From positions 62,001-126,000 of the forward strand of contig JAIVFI010000012.1 in NCBI GenBank assembly GCA_025558095.1: a stretch of 64,000 nucleotides of DNA, in the 5' to 3' direction. Position 1 is the first letter of the stretch. Every line of letters begins with the position of its first letter. The translations under genes and the position numbers were made by a program. Below are positions 45,291 to 55,767 of the stretch, piece after piece. This DNA is from Hyaloraphidium curvatum SAG 235-1 (Eukaryota; Fungi; Monoblepharomycota). The notes under the pieces were generated by a model that did not search any database, was not told where the DNA came from, and was given only the letters and a program-made list of their open reading frames with translations.

Positions 45291-47952
45291 ATGGCCGCCG
45301 CCGCTGCTGCCCCCGAACCCGCGGGCGACGCCGTCCGCCCGGCGCCCCCGGCCGGCTACACGGTGGGTCCAGAGGCTAAATTCACCGAGCTGCGCTCACA
45401 CGCCCGACGCGGCCTCGTCAGGTTACGTGGGAGAACGTCAACTGCCGGATCAAGACGGGGAGCATCTTCGCGAAGGAGAAGAAGGTCGTCCACTCGCTCA
45501 TCGACAACTCGGGCTTCGCGCGGCCGGGCGAGTCGCTCGCCGTCATCGGGCCGTCGGGCGCGGGCAAGACCACGCTCGTCGGTGGGTGTCTTCTTGGGCC
45601 GGGCGGCGCCGGCGACGCGTCGCTCTCAGATGCGGGGACGCGTCGACCGGCGAATCTGCCTGTTTGCCTTTTATTCGGAGCTGATCGCCTCCATGCCGCA
45701 GACATCCTGTCGCAGCGCAAGTCGCTGGGCGAGATCACCGGCGAGGTGCTCGTCAACGGCCAGAAGCCCGACGAATTCTACAAGAAGCGGCTCGGCCAGA
45801 TCTCGGTGCTCATGGCACACATCCCGACAATGACCGTGCGCGAGACGCTCATGTTCGCCGCCGAGTGCCGCATGCCCCGCGGCACCACCAAGGAGGAGCG
45901 CATCGCGCGCGTCGACGAGGTCATCGCCGGCCTCAAGCTCACCAACGCGCAGAACACGCCCGTCGGCGACGAGCTGATCCGCGGCGTGTCGTCGGGCGAG
46001 AAGAAGCGCACCGAGGTCGCCACCGAGATGATCGCCCGCCCGCGCATGCTGTTCCTCGACGAGCCGACCTCGTGGGTAACAAGTGCGGGAAGGAATCCGC
46101 TTCACGCACCGCTGACCGCCTTCCGCACTCCCCAGTGGTCTCGATGACTTTGGCGCGCGCTTCACCATGGAGCTCGTGCTGCAGTACGTCAAGTCCGAGA
46201 ACGTCTGCGTCATCATCGTCATCCACCAGCCCGCCGAGGCCGTCTTCAACCTGTTCGACAACACCATGATCATCTGCGAGGGCCGCACCTGCTACTTCGG
46301 CCCCACCAAGGTCGCCGAGTCGTACTTCGCCACCATGGGCTACCCGACGCCCAAGCTGCAGAACCCCATCGAGCACTACCGTGGGGTCGCGCTCCCCACC
46401 TGTACTCACAGCCGATGCTGATCTCGCGCTCGTCCCCAGTCGACGTCTGCTCCGCCAACGCCATCGCCGCCGCCGACTACTACTCCTCCTCGCCCCTGGC
46501 CCAGGCCAACCTGGCCGAGGTCCAGCGGCTGAAGGCGCAGCGCTACGAGTCGGTGCGCTACTCGGAGCACCTCGTCGAGCGCCCGTGGTACGACCAGGTC
46601 AAGCTCCTCGGACACCGCACCCTGCTCCGCTACTGGCGCAACCCGTCGACCTCGTGGGGGCGGCTGTTCATGTTCACCCTGCTCGGCATCCTGTTCGGCG
46701 TGTTCTTCCTGAGCGTAAGTCTTCGCTCGTTGCCGGGGTAGCTAGCTTTCTGATCCCAATTGGTTCTGCAGCTCGACAACACCACCACGGGCATGCGCAA
46801 CCGGCTCTCGGTCTCGACCACGTTCACCTTCCTCGCCATCTATGTCGCGATCGCCGCCGTGCCGCAGTTCCTCGAGGACCGCGAGCTGTACCTGCAGGAG
46901 CTTGACACGGCCTTCTACTCGACCTGGCCCTACTGGATCACCTACCTCGTCATCGAGGGCTGCATGACCTCGATCATCACCACCATCCAGCTCTTGATCA
47001 TTTGGCCCATGGCCGGCTTCAGCTGGGAGCCCTTCGGGAACGTGTACGCGATGATGTTCCTCCAGTTCTGGTTGGCGACTGCTATTTCGCAGGCCTGGTC
47101 GGCCTGGTGCAAGACGCTGGTGCAGGCCTTCACGGCGCTCTGGGCCGCCGGCCTGATCTTCTACGCCTTCTCGGGGGCGCAGGCGCCGCTCAACATCGTC
47201 ACGCCGGCGCTCAGGTGGCTCGCGGACATCAACTACTGGCGCTGGTGCCTGCAGTACGTCGTGGGTGTCCTTTCTGTCCGCTACTCGCCCCGGTCATCCC
47301 GTCTGACCGCGGCTCCATCTCCAGATCTGGCAGATCATGAAGGACTACATCGTCGACTGCGTCCGCACCCCCTCGACAGGCTTCGTCCTCCCCGCCGCCC
47401 GCGGCTTCGTCGGCGCGCTCAACAACACCTTCGTCGGCGAGCCCGGCAACGCCGTCAACGTCGCGCAGTTCTGGCGCGGCGTCGGAATCATGCGCGCCAA
47501 CGCGGCCACCTCCAACGCCCCGACCGTCACCGACGCCACCCGCGCCGACCTGCTGGCCAACACCAACGCCGCCGCCCAGCTCATCGCGCCGATCGCCAAC
47601 CAGTCGTCCTTCGGGCCGGCTCCGGCGCAGTACGCCCCGGCCGTGGGCGCCTTCGACCTCTACTTCAACACTTCGACCTCGGCGCTCGAGGTCGCCACCA
47701 ACGCCGCCATCTTCCCGGCCGGGTACTACTGCCCGTACGGCCAGGGCGCGGACTTCATCAGGCGGTTCCGCGACCTGTCGCCCGAGAACCCGGCGGCGAC
47801 CAACGTCTCGTTTGCGGTGGTGGGTTGCCTGGTGCCGCCCGACGGCGGGCTTAGCTGACGTCCCGTCCCTCCAGAACGCCGCGCTGTTCGTCTTCTTCGC
47901 GTTTATGACGTTGGCGGGCCTGATGTTCTCGCGCAACTACCGCAAGAGGTAG
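45291..47952 (+). CDS. ABCG-family half-transporter B (multi-exon)
   Basis: GPSGAGKTT, GVSSGEKKR, LFLDEPTS|GLD, IIHQPA; TMD with a large insert before the last TM; ends SRNYRKR. Confidence 0.92.
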
Positions 47953-48378
47953 AGGGCTGGATTGGACCGCTTTGGCATTTTGTAGACTCTAGAAAGCTAG
48001 AATGCACGGGCCGATCGCGGACGGCTCCGAATACAGTCTTCTGACGTGACGTGTCTTCAGCGATGTGCCTTCGGGCCAACCCCAATCCGGCTTGGCTGTG
48101 CTGGAGGCGAATCCGATGGGGAGCTGAGGACGGTCCCCGGTTGCTTCTGACGTGCGCTGGGGGATACAAGGCAGCTCCAGAAACCTTCCGCGCTTTCCGA
48201 TCGCGGAGAAGAGGGACAACGATGCGCGCACCGTGGAGTCTTGAAGGCGGGGACCGGCCAACTTGCCGCACGGCCGGCCGAACCGCAATAACTGCGCAAT
48301 AACACCGCCACGGCGCCATTCCAGTCGCCCCGGCGGCCTTCCACGCAACTAGACAGTGGTTTTGTGACGCTAAAGGAG

Positions 48379-49170
48379 ATGGCACTGAGCCTGCGATCGG
48401 TAGTCGCGACCCGCGAGGGGGCACGCCCCCGAGTCCGGCGGCACGGCGTTGCCGCGTGGTGCCTTGCAGCCACCGCCTGGGTGCTCCTTCTCGCCGCGCC
48501 CGCACCGGCGGCGGCCGCGTTTCTCAACATTGACGCACGTTTCGACACGGTTCAGTGCCCCGTCACCAGGGGTCGCCTTTCTTCCCTCCTCGTCTCCAGC
48601 TTCTTCGGTTGCCGTGTGGGGTACGCGCGCGGCTTTGCCGCCGGCAGGACGTCGTGCATCGCCACCAGGGCAAGCACCGCCCGCTGGTGCAGCTCCAACG
48701 GAAACGCGACCCCCGTCTTGTGGAACGTTACCAACCGCGTGATCGGGTGGCCTTCCGACGCCGGCTTCCCGACCGTCGCGCAGGAGAGCCTGCGCCGCGT
48801 CAGGATCGCCTACACCAGGAACGTTGCTCGCGGCACGGTGTGCCCGACCCAAGTCAGAGTTACGGGCCTCACACAGTTCACGAACGCCAGCTTCACGTTC
48901 GCCCCCGCCGCCGCGACATGTCCTCTCGGCAACGAAATAAGGTGCACCTTGACACCATCGACCGGCATCATCACCATTTTTGCTTGTGGACCGCTCGGTG
49001 GGCTTTGCGGTCGAACACGATCTCCGCTGTCGTCGCTTACTTCGTTCCCGCGCCGCAGGAACGCATCCCCTCCTCTTTCCCTTACCTACAACAGCTACCC
49101 GCACGACGACTCGCACGAAATCGACGGTAGGGGGGGCAACGTCGGCAGCAGAAGGTGCTTTTCACGCTGA
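48379..49170 (+). CDS. Secreted Cys-rich hypothetical protein; 3' end uncertain
   Basis: Hydrophobic signal segment ending APAAAA; about 9 Cys; probable intron near 48998-49058 leading into TATRTTTRTKST. Confidence 0.55.
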   Translation: MALSLRSVVATREGARPRVRRHGVAAWCLAATAWVLLLAAPAPAAAAFLNIDARFDTVQCPVTRGRLSSLLVSSFFGCRVGYARGFAAGRTSCIATRASTARWCSSNGNATPVLWNVTNRVIGWPSDAGFPTVAQESLRRVRIAYTRNVARGTVCPTQVRVTGLTQFTNASFTFAPAAATCPLGNEIRCTLTPSTGIITIFACGPLGGLCGRTRSPLSSLTSFPRRRNASPPLSLTYNSYPHDDSHEIDGRGGNVGSRRCFSR

Positions 49171-49347
49171 GTGCATGGCCGACAGAGGACAACACGGACC
49201 TCGAACACCACAGCCTGCGACTAGAAGCATCGAACGTTCCGAAACGTCCGGCCCTCAGGAATCAACCTACCCGCGCCGTGATCTCCATCGGCGTGCCGAG
49301 AACGTCTCTCCGAGTCTTTCTGAACACCGCCGTGCTGCCTGCACGCG

Positions 49348-50700
49348 ATGCCGGCCCCCACGCCCTTCCGTGTCGAGGCGACGCCCGCCCAGCTCGCACG
49401 CCTCGAGTCGCGTCTCCGGGACGTCGTATACCCCGAAGTCGATCTCCCCGATGCCGACACGTGGGCATACGGCATGCCAACGCGCGTTTTGGAGAAACTA
49501 GTCGAGCACTGGCGCGACAAGTGGGTGTCTCCCATTCTGGGACACGTCGCCCGGCACTCAGCGGCCCCGCCAGGTACGACTGGCCAGCCTGGGAGGCCAA
49601 GATCAACTCGTTCTCGCACTACAAGCTCCGTTGCAACGACGTCGACGTGCACTTCATCCACCATCCCTCCCCGCGGCGGGACGCGGTCCCGCTCATTCTC
49701 ATCCACGGATGGCCCGGCACCTTCGTCGAGTTCCTGGACCTCATTAAGACGCTCGCGGAGCCAGAGGCCGGACAGCAGGCGTTTCACGTGGTGGTTCCCA
49801 GCCTGCCAGGCTACGGGTTCTCCGGAAGGCCGACGCGGAAGGACTACTCGCTCGTTGAGGCGGCCAAGGCTTTCGACGAGCTGATGAAGAGCCTGGGGTA
49901 TGGCAGGTACATGGCCCAGGGCGGTGATTGGGGCAGCGCTGTAGCCAAGGCGCTGGCCATCGTCTGTCCGGACTCGTGTCGCGCGATCCACGTAGGTCGC
50001 CATCGCCTATTCTGCGGCTCCTGAGCTGACCTTCAGTTAGCTCAACTTGCTCTGGTTCGAACCCCCACCCGAGGATGCATCCGTCGCCCCGCCCACCGAC
50101 GCCGAAAAGCGCAAGCTCGCCGCCGGTGCCGAGTTCATGGTCACCGGGACGGGGTACCAGCGCATCCAGGCGACGAAGCCGCTGACGCTCGGCGCGGCGC
50201 TTGCGGACAGCCCCGTGGGGCTGCTGGCCTGGATCGGCGAGAAGTTCCACGAATGGGTTGACCTGCGCGGCGGGGACGGCGACTTCTCGCCGACCGTATC
50301 GACAGAGGTGCTTCTCACCAACGTTATGGTCTACTACCTCAGGTGCTGCGGCTCCCCGTGCAACTAATTCACCCTTCCGTTGCTGACGTTCAACGCCGTA
50401 TCATGCAGCAACTCCATCACTTCCTCGTTCTTCCTCTACCACTATCAGTTCCTGAAGAACCTCGACCAGGCCCTCCTGGGCTCCAATATCTTGCAGCCCG
50501 TCGGTTGTTCCGCTTTCCCGCACGACCTCGTGGTGGCACCGCGGAGCTGGGTCGAGTACAGGTGCCCCAACCTGGCATTCTGGAGCGCGCCGGAGGACGG
50601 GGGACACTTTGCCGCTTTGGAAAAAGGTGACGTGCTTGTGCGCGATCTGAGGGCGTTTGCGGGGGTGCCGGAGGTGAAGGCGAGCCTGGGAGGCCAGTAA
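49348..50700 (+). CDS. Epoxide hydrolase copy 2 (no PTS1; ends -GGQ)
   Basis: Same motifs (HGWPG, GGDWG, GGHFAALE) and same three intron positions as copy 1. Confidence 0.92.
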
Positions 50701-50791
50701 TACCGCGACGGCGGGCGCGGGCTCCTCGAACCCGGCCAGCGATTGAGGCTCAACGATCTTGCTATCCTTTTGTGAATTACAAAGCGCACGA

Positions 50792-51886
50792 TCAGGCAAA
50801 CACCTCCCCCTTGAACAGCGCCCTCGCCGACCGAACGAACCCCACCGACACCGCCCTCCACCTCCCCTCGACCTCCACTGCCTGGGCTCTCGCCTCGATC
50901 AGCCCCCCCGGATGCGCGATCACCGTCCTCCCCGCCCTTTTCGGCCCCCCGGCCCTCGCCGCAAATGCATGCGCCACGGTCCCTGGGATCCCGGCCGCGA
51001 GCGCCAGCGCCGACGACCCCGTGCCGGTCATGGCGTGGTGGTACCTCCTTCCAGGGGTCGTTATCCGCGCGTACAGGTCTGCCTGTCCCGGGGAGATTGG
51101 GTCGCCGGAGGAGGTGGAGTACGAGTCGGGTTCACGGAGAAGGGCCGCGCGGACGGCCGGGGAAAGAGGGATGCCCATGAGGTGGGCACCGTGTTCGCGG
51201 AGGGAGGCGAGCCAGGCGTCGATGTCGACGTCAACGGGTCGCGAAGATTCTGCGACGATAATTGTCGGGTTTGGTTGGCCGATGAGGGTGGTACGGGGCG
51301 ATCCCGCGCAGTTGGCGAGGACGTCCACCACATTCCCGGTCGGCAGCAGCGGCACCTGCGGTCCTTCTCCGTCCCCGTCGCCGCTGCCGAGGAAAGTCAC
51401 ATCCACGGCCGGCTCCTTCCGCCCCGGAACCCCCGAAATCTCCACCAGCTCGTCCGGTTTCTCTTCGACCAGAAGTTCCTTCCCCGCGCCGATCTGCCAC
51501 ACCCTAGCGCGCAGCATCGACGGCGGCACGATCTGCAGCACATCCCTCGCGTGCAGCAGCGTCGCCGAGGCCAGGTTCCCGCACGACCCTTTCCAGTCGA
51601 TCTTCCCGTCCTTGATCCCGACCTGGCCAAACTCCCAGTCCAGGTCGAAGCCCTCCCTCGCCGATTTCCCGATGATGCACACCTTGCTCGACGAGGAGAT
51701 GGCGCCTCCCACCCCGTCCATCTGCATCCCGGACGCGTCGGGGGATCCCAGCGCCCGGGAGATGAACGCGTCGCGGCGCGCGAGGTCGGCGCCGAACGCG
51801 GCGTGGAGGTCAGCTGATCCGAAAAAGAGGCCTTTCGAGGTGCCGCCGCGGATGAGGGCGGCCGGGACCGCGAGCATCTGGCGCAT
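50792..51886 (-). CDS. PrpF/DUF453-family isomerase
   Basis: IRGGTSKGLFF, GSPD..GMQMDGVGGAISSSSKV, GSCGNL, HHAMTGTG, RSARALFKGEV; intronless. Confidence 0.88.
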   Translation of the reverse strand: MRQMLAVPAALIRGGTSKGLFFGSADLHAAFGADLARRDAFISRALGSPDASGMQMDGVGGAISSSSKVCIIGKSAREGFDLDWEFGQVGIKDGKIDWKGSCGNLASATLLHARDVLQIVPPSMLRARVWQIGAGKELLVEEKPDELVEISGVPGRKEPAVDVTFLGSGDGDGEGPQVPLLPTGNVVDVLANCAGSPRTTLIGQPNPTIIVAESSRPVDVDIDAWLASLREHGAHLMGIPLSPAVRAALLREPDSYSTSSGDPISPGQADLYARITTPGRRYHHAMTGTGSSALALAAGIPGTVAHAFAARAGGPKRAGRTVIAHPGGLIEARAQAVEVEGRWRAVSVGFVRSARALFKGEVFA

Positions 51887-52219
51887 TTCCGGAGCCCTTT
51901 GGTGTTCGCAGTAAGGCTTGTTTACGCAGTGAGGGCGTGGCCAGCCTTGAGCAGGCGCCAGCTAGCAGTTCCGAGGATCATTGGACGAAGGAATCATGAG
52001 ACGCTGTTGTCGTTGTAGTGACGATGCGCGCTTCGCTGCTCCATGTCTTCGCTCTTGCGACCTCGGTGCACAGCCCGCGGGGCAAACTCGATCGACAAGC
52101 TCGAGAAGGTGGCAACGCTTCCGGCCTTCGTCGCCCAGACACGCCGCGCAACGATATCAGCGGCGCGGTGGCAACGTCTCTCAATCCGTCCTGAACCGCT
52201 CCGGCGCCTCCTGCACGGG

Positions 52220-53595
52220 ATGCCGGCCCCGACTCCCTTCCGCGTCCAGGCGACGCCCGCCCAGCTCGCGCGGCTCAAGTCGCGCCTCCAAGACGTGGAC
52301 TATGCCGAAATCGACCTCCCTGATGCCGACACGTGGGCGTACGGCATGCCGCCACGGGTGCTGAAGAAGCTGGTCGAGCATTGGCGCGACAAGTGGGTGT
52401 CTCCCCCTCTCCGACGCGTCCGTCCGCATTCACAGCGCCCGACAGGTACGACTGGACCGCGTGGCAGGCCAAGATAAACTCGTTCGCGCACTACAAGCTG
52501 CGCTGCAACGACGTCGACGTGCACTTCATCCACCACCCCTCCCCGCGGCCGGACGCCGTGCCGCTCATCCTCACGCACGGGTGGCCCGGCTCGTTCGTAG
52601 AGTTCCTGGACGTGATCAAGCCGCTCGCAGAGCCAGAGGCCGGCCAGCAGGCGTTCCACGTGGTGGTTCCCAGCCTGCCAGGCTACGGGTTCTCCGGGAG
52701 GCCTACGCGGAAGAACTACGCGATCGTCGAGACGGCCAAAGCCTTCGACGAGCTGATGAAGAGCCTGGGGTACAGCAGGTACATGGCCCAAGGCGGCGAT
52801 TGGGGAAGCCTGGTGACCAAGGCGCTGGCCATCACCTGCCCCGAGTCGTGCCGGGCGATCCACGTGGGTTGCCCCCTCCTTCCTAGGCTGATCCCCCTCC
52901 CAACGCTGACCCCACGCTCCGCTTCCTATCAGCTCAACATGCTCGCCTTCAGACCGCCGCCGGAGGACGCACCCATCCCCCCGCTCACCGATGCCGAGAA
53001 GAGCAAGCTCGCCGCCGGCGCCCAGTTCAACGCCACGGGGACAGGATACCAGCAAATCCAGGCAACGAAGCCGCAGACGCTTGGTGCGGCGCTCTCGGAC
53101 AGCCCGGTCGGGCTGCTGGCCTGGATCGGGGAAAAGTTCCACGAATGGGTCGACCTCAGCGGCGGGGACGGCGACTTCTCGCCGAACGTTTCCACGGATG
53201 TTCTGCTGACGAACGTGATGGTCTACTACATCAGGTGAAGACTTCTGCCGCCGCCGGCCTGCCAAACTCACCACTTGCCGCCGTTCCGCAGCAACTGCAT
53301 CACCTCCTCCTTCTTCCTCTACCACTACCAGTTCCTTAAGCGCCTCGATGGGCGCCTCCTCGGCTCCAAGATCCTGCAGCCCGTGGGGTGCTCGGCCTTC
53401 CCCCACGACATCATGGTTCCCCCGCGGAGCTGGGTCCAGCACTCCTGCCCCAACCTCGCCTTCTGGAACGACCCGGCGGAGGGCGGGGGCCACTTTGCAG
53501 CTTTGGAGAGGGGGCACGTGCTGGTGCGCGATCTGAGGTCGTTTGCGGGGTTGAATGAAGTGAAGGCGAGCCTGGGAGGAAAGAGCAAGCTGTGA
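52220..53595 (+). CDS. Epoxide hydrolase copy 3, PTS1 -SKL
   Basis: Same motifs and introns as the other copies; ends GGKSKL-TGA. Confidence 0.93.
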
Positions 53596-53814
53596 GGGCG
53601 CATGCGTGTTCCAGAGACCAGCTCGCCGCTTTCGGCTCGCTGTTGGCACGATCGGTTGGATGCCCTAGATTTGTACGGCGTCGTTCTCATCCCAAACCCG
53701 ATTTCGGCCCGAAGCTCCGGCCGGATGCTTTGAATGGCCGACACGTGGGCCATCTTTGGGTCCAGCGGGCTGTGCCGCCCGCAAGAACTGGTTACTCTCG
53801 TCAGGCGCCACGCG

Positions 53815-55473
53815 ATGCCCCGCCTCGCGTTCGCACTTCTGCTGGCGCTGGCGCCTGCCGCGGTGCATGCGGCCACGTTCGTCGCGTGGTCGCCGTCGCT
53901 CTCGGCCACCGGCGCGAACCCCGACAACCTGCCGCCCGCGTTCGAGTTCCGGCCGTCGACCGTGCTCGCGCCCGAGCGCCGCCGGAACAACGCGCTGATT
54001 CCCTTCGACGACGGGCCGGACGGCGGCGGAGCGCTCGTGCTCGACGAGGCGCCGGCGACGATCGGCTACCGCCAGCCGGACGGCGCGCCCGACGCCGAGG
54101 GGCCGTTTTCCATCCCGCAAAGGTTCATCCGCACCTTGGACATGCGGCCGCACTTCGACGCGATAGACGCCCTGAGGAAGAAGCACAAGAGGGCCGAGCT
54201 GACCTGCGCACGCATCGAGTCCCGCGCACGGAAGGCGGCGCCAGGCGACACCCACCTGCTCCTGATATGCACGGATAGCCAGTTCCTTGTGAATTACCTC
54301 ATCGATCTGGGCGAGAAGATAAAGCTGCACACTAACGGCAGACGCGCGCGGGGGCAAGACCCTGCGGTGCCTGCGACGGGCGTTGGGCACGGGCAGGTGT
54401 TCGCCGCCTTCCCCGAGGCTCACAGAACGACGTTGGAGGCTGGTAATTGCTACAAGCTTCTGACCGCCAACTGCGAAAATACCGAGAAGCCGCTTCCGGC
54501 GCAGATGGAGGATCGCCAGGGTGGATACAAGGTCGGAACGTGCCAGAAAGAAACCAGCTGTGCCGGCTTCGGCATGGGCACCATTCCCGTCATCATGATG
54601 GGGTACAAATCAAAAGTGGGCAGCACGTCCACGGCGATGTGGGTGCGGAGGACGCGCGGGGCGGTGACGAGCGTCATCCTCGCGTTCAAAGGCACGAGCT
54701 CGGGAACCGAAGCGTTTGCGGACGTGAACCTGCTCAGCAAGGCATTCTTGGAACGCTGGCGCGTGATGCATCTGGGTAGCGGCCTGCCCAAGGCCACGGC
54801 CGCCGCGTATGGCGCCGTCAAGGCCATCTCTGAAGGGCACCAAAAGTACCTCCATTTCATCGCCGATGTCGTGAACAACGAGCTCATCCCGCTGCTCAAG
54901 AACGAGGCGGGCGAGTTCAGGGCAAACGTCTACGTCTACTTGACCGGGGTCAGCCTCGGCGGCTTCATGGCCCAGCTCGTTGGTCTCCACCTCATCGCCG
55001 TCGGCTTCGAGAACGTCTACGTGAACTCGATCTCGGGCCCGGGCGCGGTGCTGGCCTACCTCGGCCTCGCGGAAACCATGTTCGGCGCCGCGCCGCCCGG
55101 GGGCCCGCGGTGGCCCCAGCAGCCGGAGCGCTTCGTCAACGTGATGCAGTTCTTCGACTGGATCCCGCGCCTGGGTCGGCAGCCGGGCTTCTCGTGCTTC
55201 TCCTACGACGACACGGAGGTGGTCACGGGGGGCCACGCCGACGACGTCTGCGGGCTCTGGGGCAACCTGCAGAGCACGGGGCTGACGGGCAGCGTCCCGC
55301 TCGGGAAAGGAGCCTGCATGAAGATCCACAACGTGGGGGATAACCTGATGCCGAGTCCCAACACGTTTTGCTGCCAGGCTGGGGCAACATGGTGCGGGCT
55401 GTACATTCCCCCGGTTGCAGCAGGGGCGAGGGGCGGGCGGCGGTTACGGCGCGCGCAAATGGAACGGGCTTGA
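53815..55473 (+). CDS. Secreted class-3 lipase-like alpha/beta hydrolase with long N-terminal extension
   Basis: Signal peptide MPRLAFALLLALAPAAVHA; ILAFKGT, LTGVSLGG (GxSxG), DWIPR, KIHN. Confidence 0.8.
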   Translation: MPRLAFALLLALAPAAVHAATFVAWSPSLSATGANPDNLPPAFEFRPSTVLAPERRRNNALIPFDDGPDGGGALVLDEAPATIGYRQPDGAPDAEGPFSIPQRFIRTLDMRPHFDAIDALRKKHKRAELTCARIESRARKAAPGDTHLLLICTDSQFLVNYLIDLGEKIKLHTNGRRARGQDPAVPATGVGHGQVFAAFPEAHRTTLEAGNCYKLLTANCENTEKPLPAQMEDRQGGYKVGTCQKETSCAGFGMGTIPVIMMGYKSKVGSTSTAMWVRRTRGAVTSVILAFKGTSSGTEAFADVNLLSKAFLERWRVMHLGSGLPKATAAAYGAVKAISEGHQKYLHFIADVVNNELIPLLKNEAGEFRANVYVYLTGVSLGGFMAQLVGLHLIAVGFENVYVNSISGPGAVLAYLGLAETMFGAAPPGGPRWPQQPERFVNVMQFFDWIPRLGRQPGFSCFSYDDTEVVTGGHADDVCGLWGNLQSTGLTGSVPLGKGACMKIHNVGDNLMPSPNTFCCQAGATWCGLYIPPVAAGARGGRRLRRAQMERA

Positions 55474-55767
55474 AGGAGTTTTCGGCATTGCCGTTTTGGC
55501 ATTTTGGATTGGGATGCAAGCGCGTTCATGGAAGTGGAGTGAAGGATGGAAGTTGATCATTGTCGCCGACAGGGTGCGTATGGGGATGCAAGCTCGGCTA
55601 TGCGCGAAGTCTGCCTGTACTTGAACAACTAAGCGTGGTGCGATTGGAATGAAACGACTGCGACATGCATTTTCGCTGTTCTAGCGCAGCACACCCAAAG
55701 CGCAGTTCGCGCCGCTCGTCGGAAACGTCGGAAACGACGAGCCGGCTCCATGGCGCCCGCAACCCCG

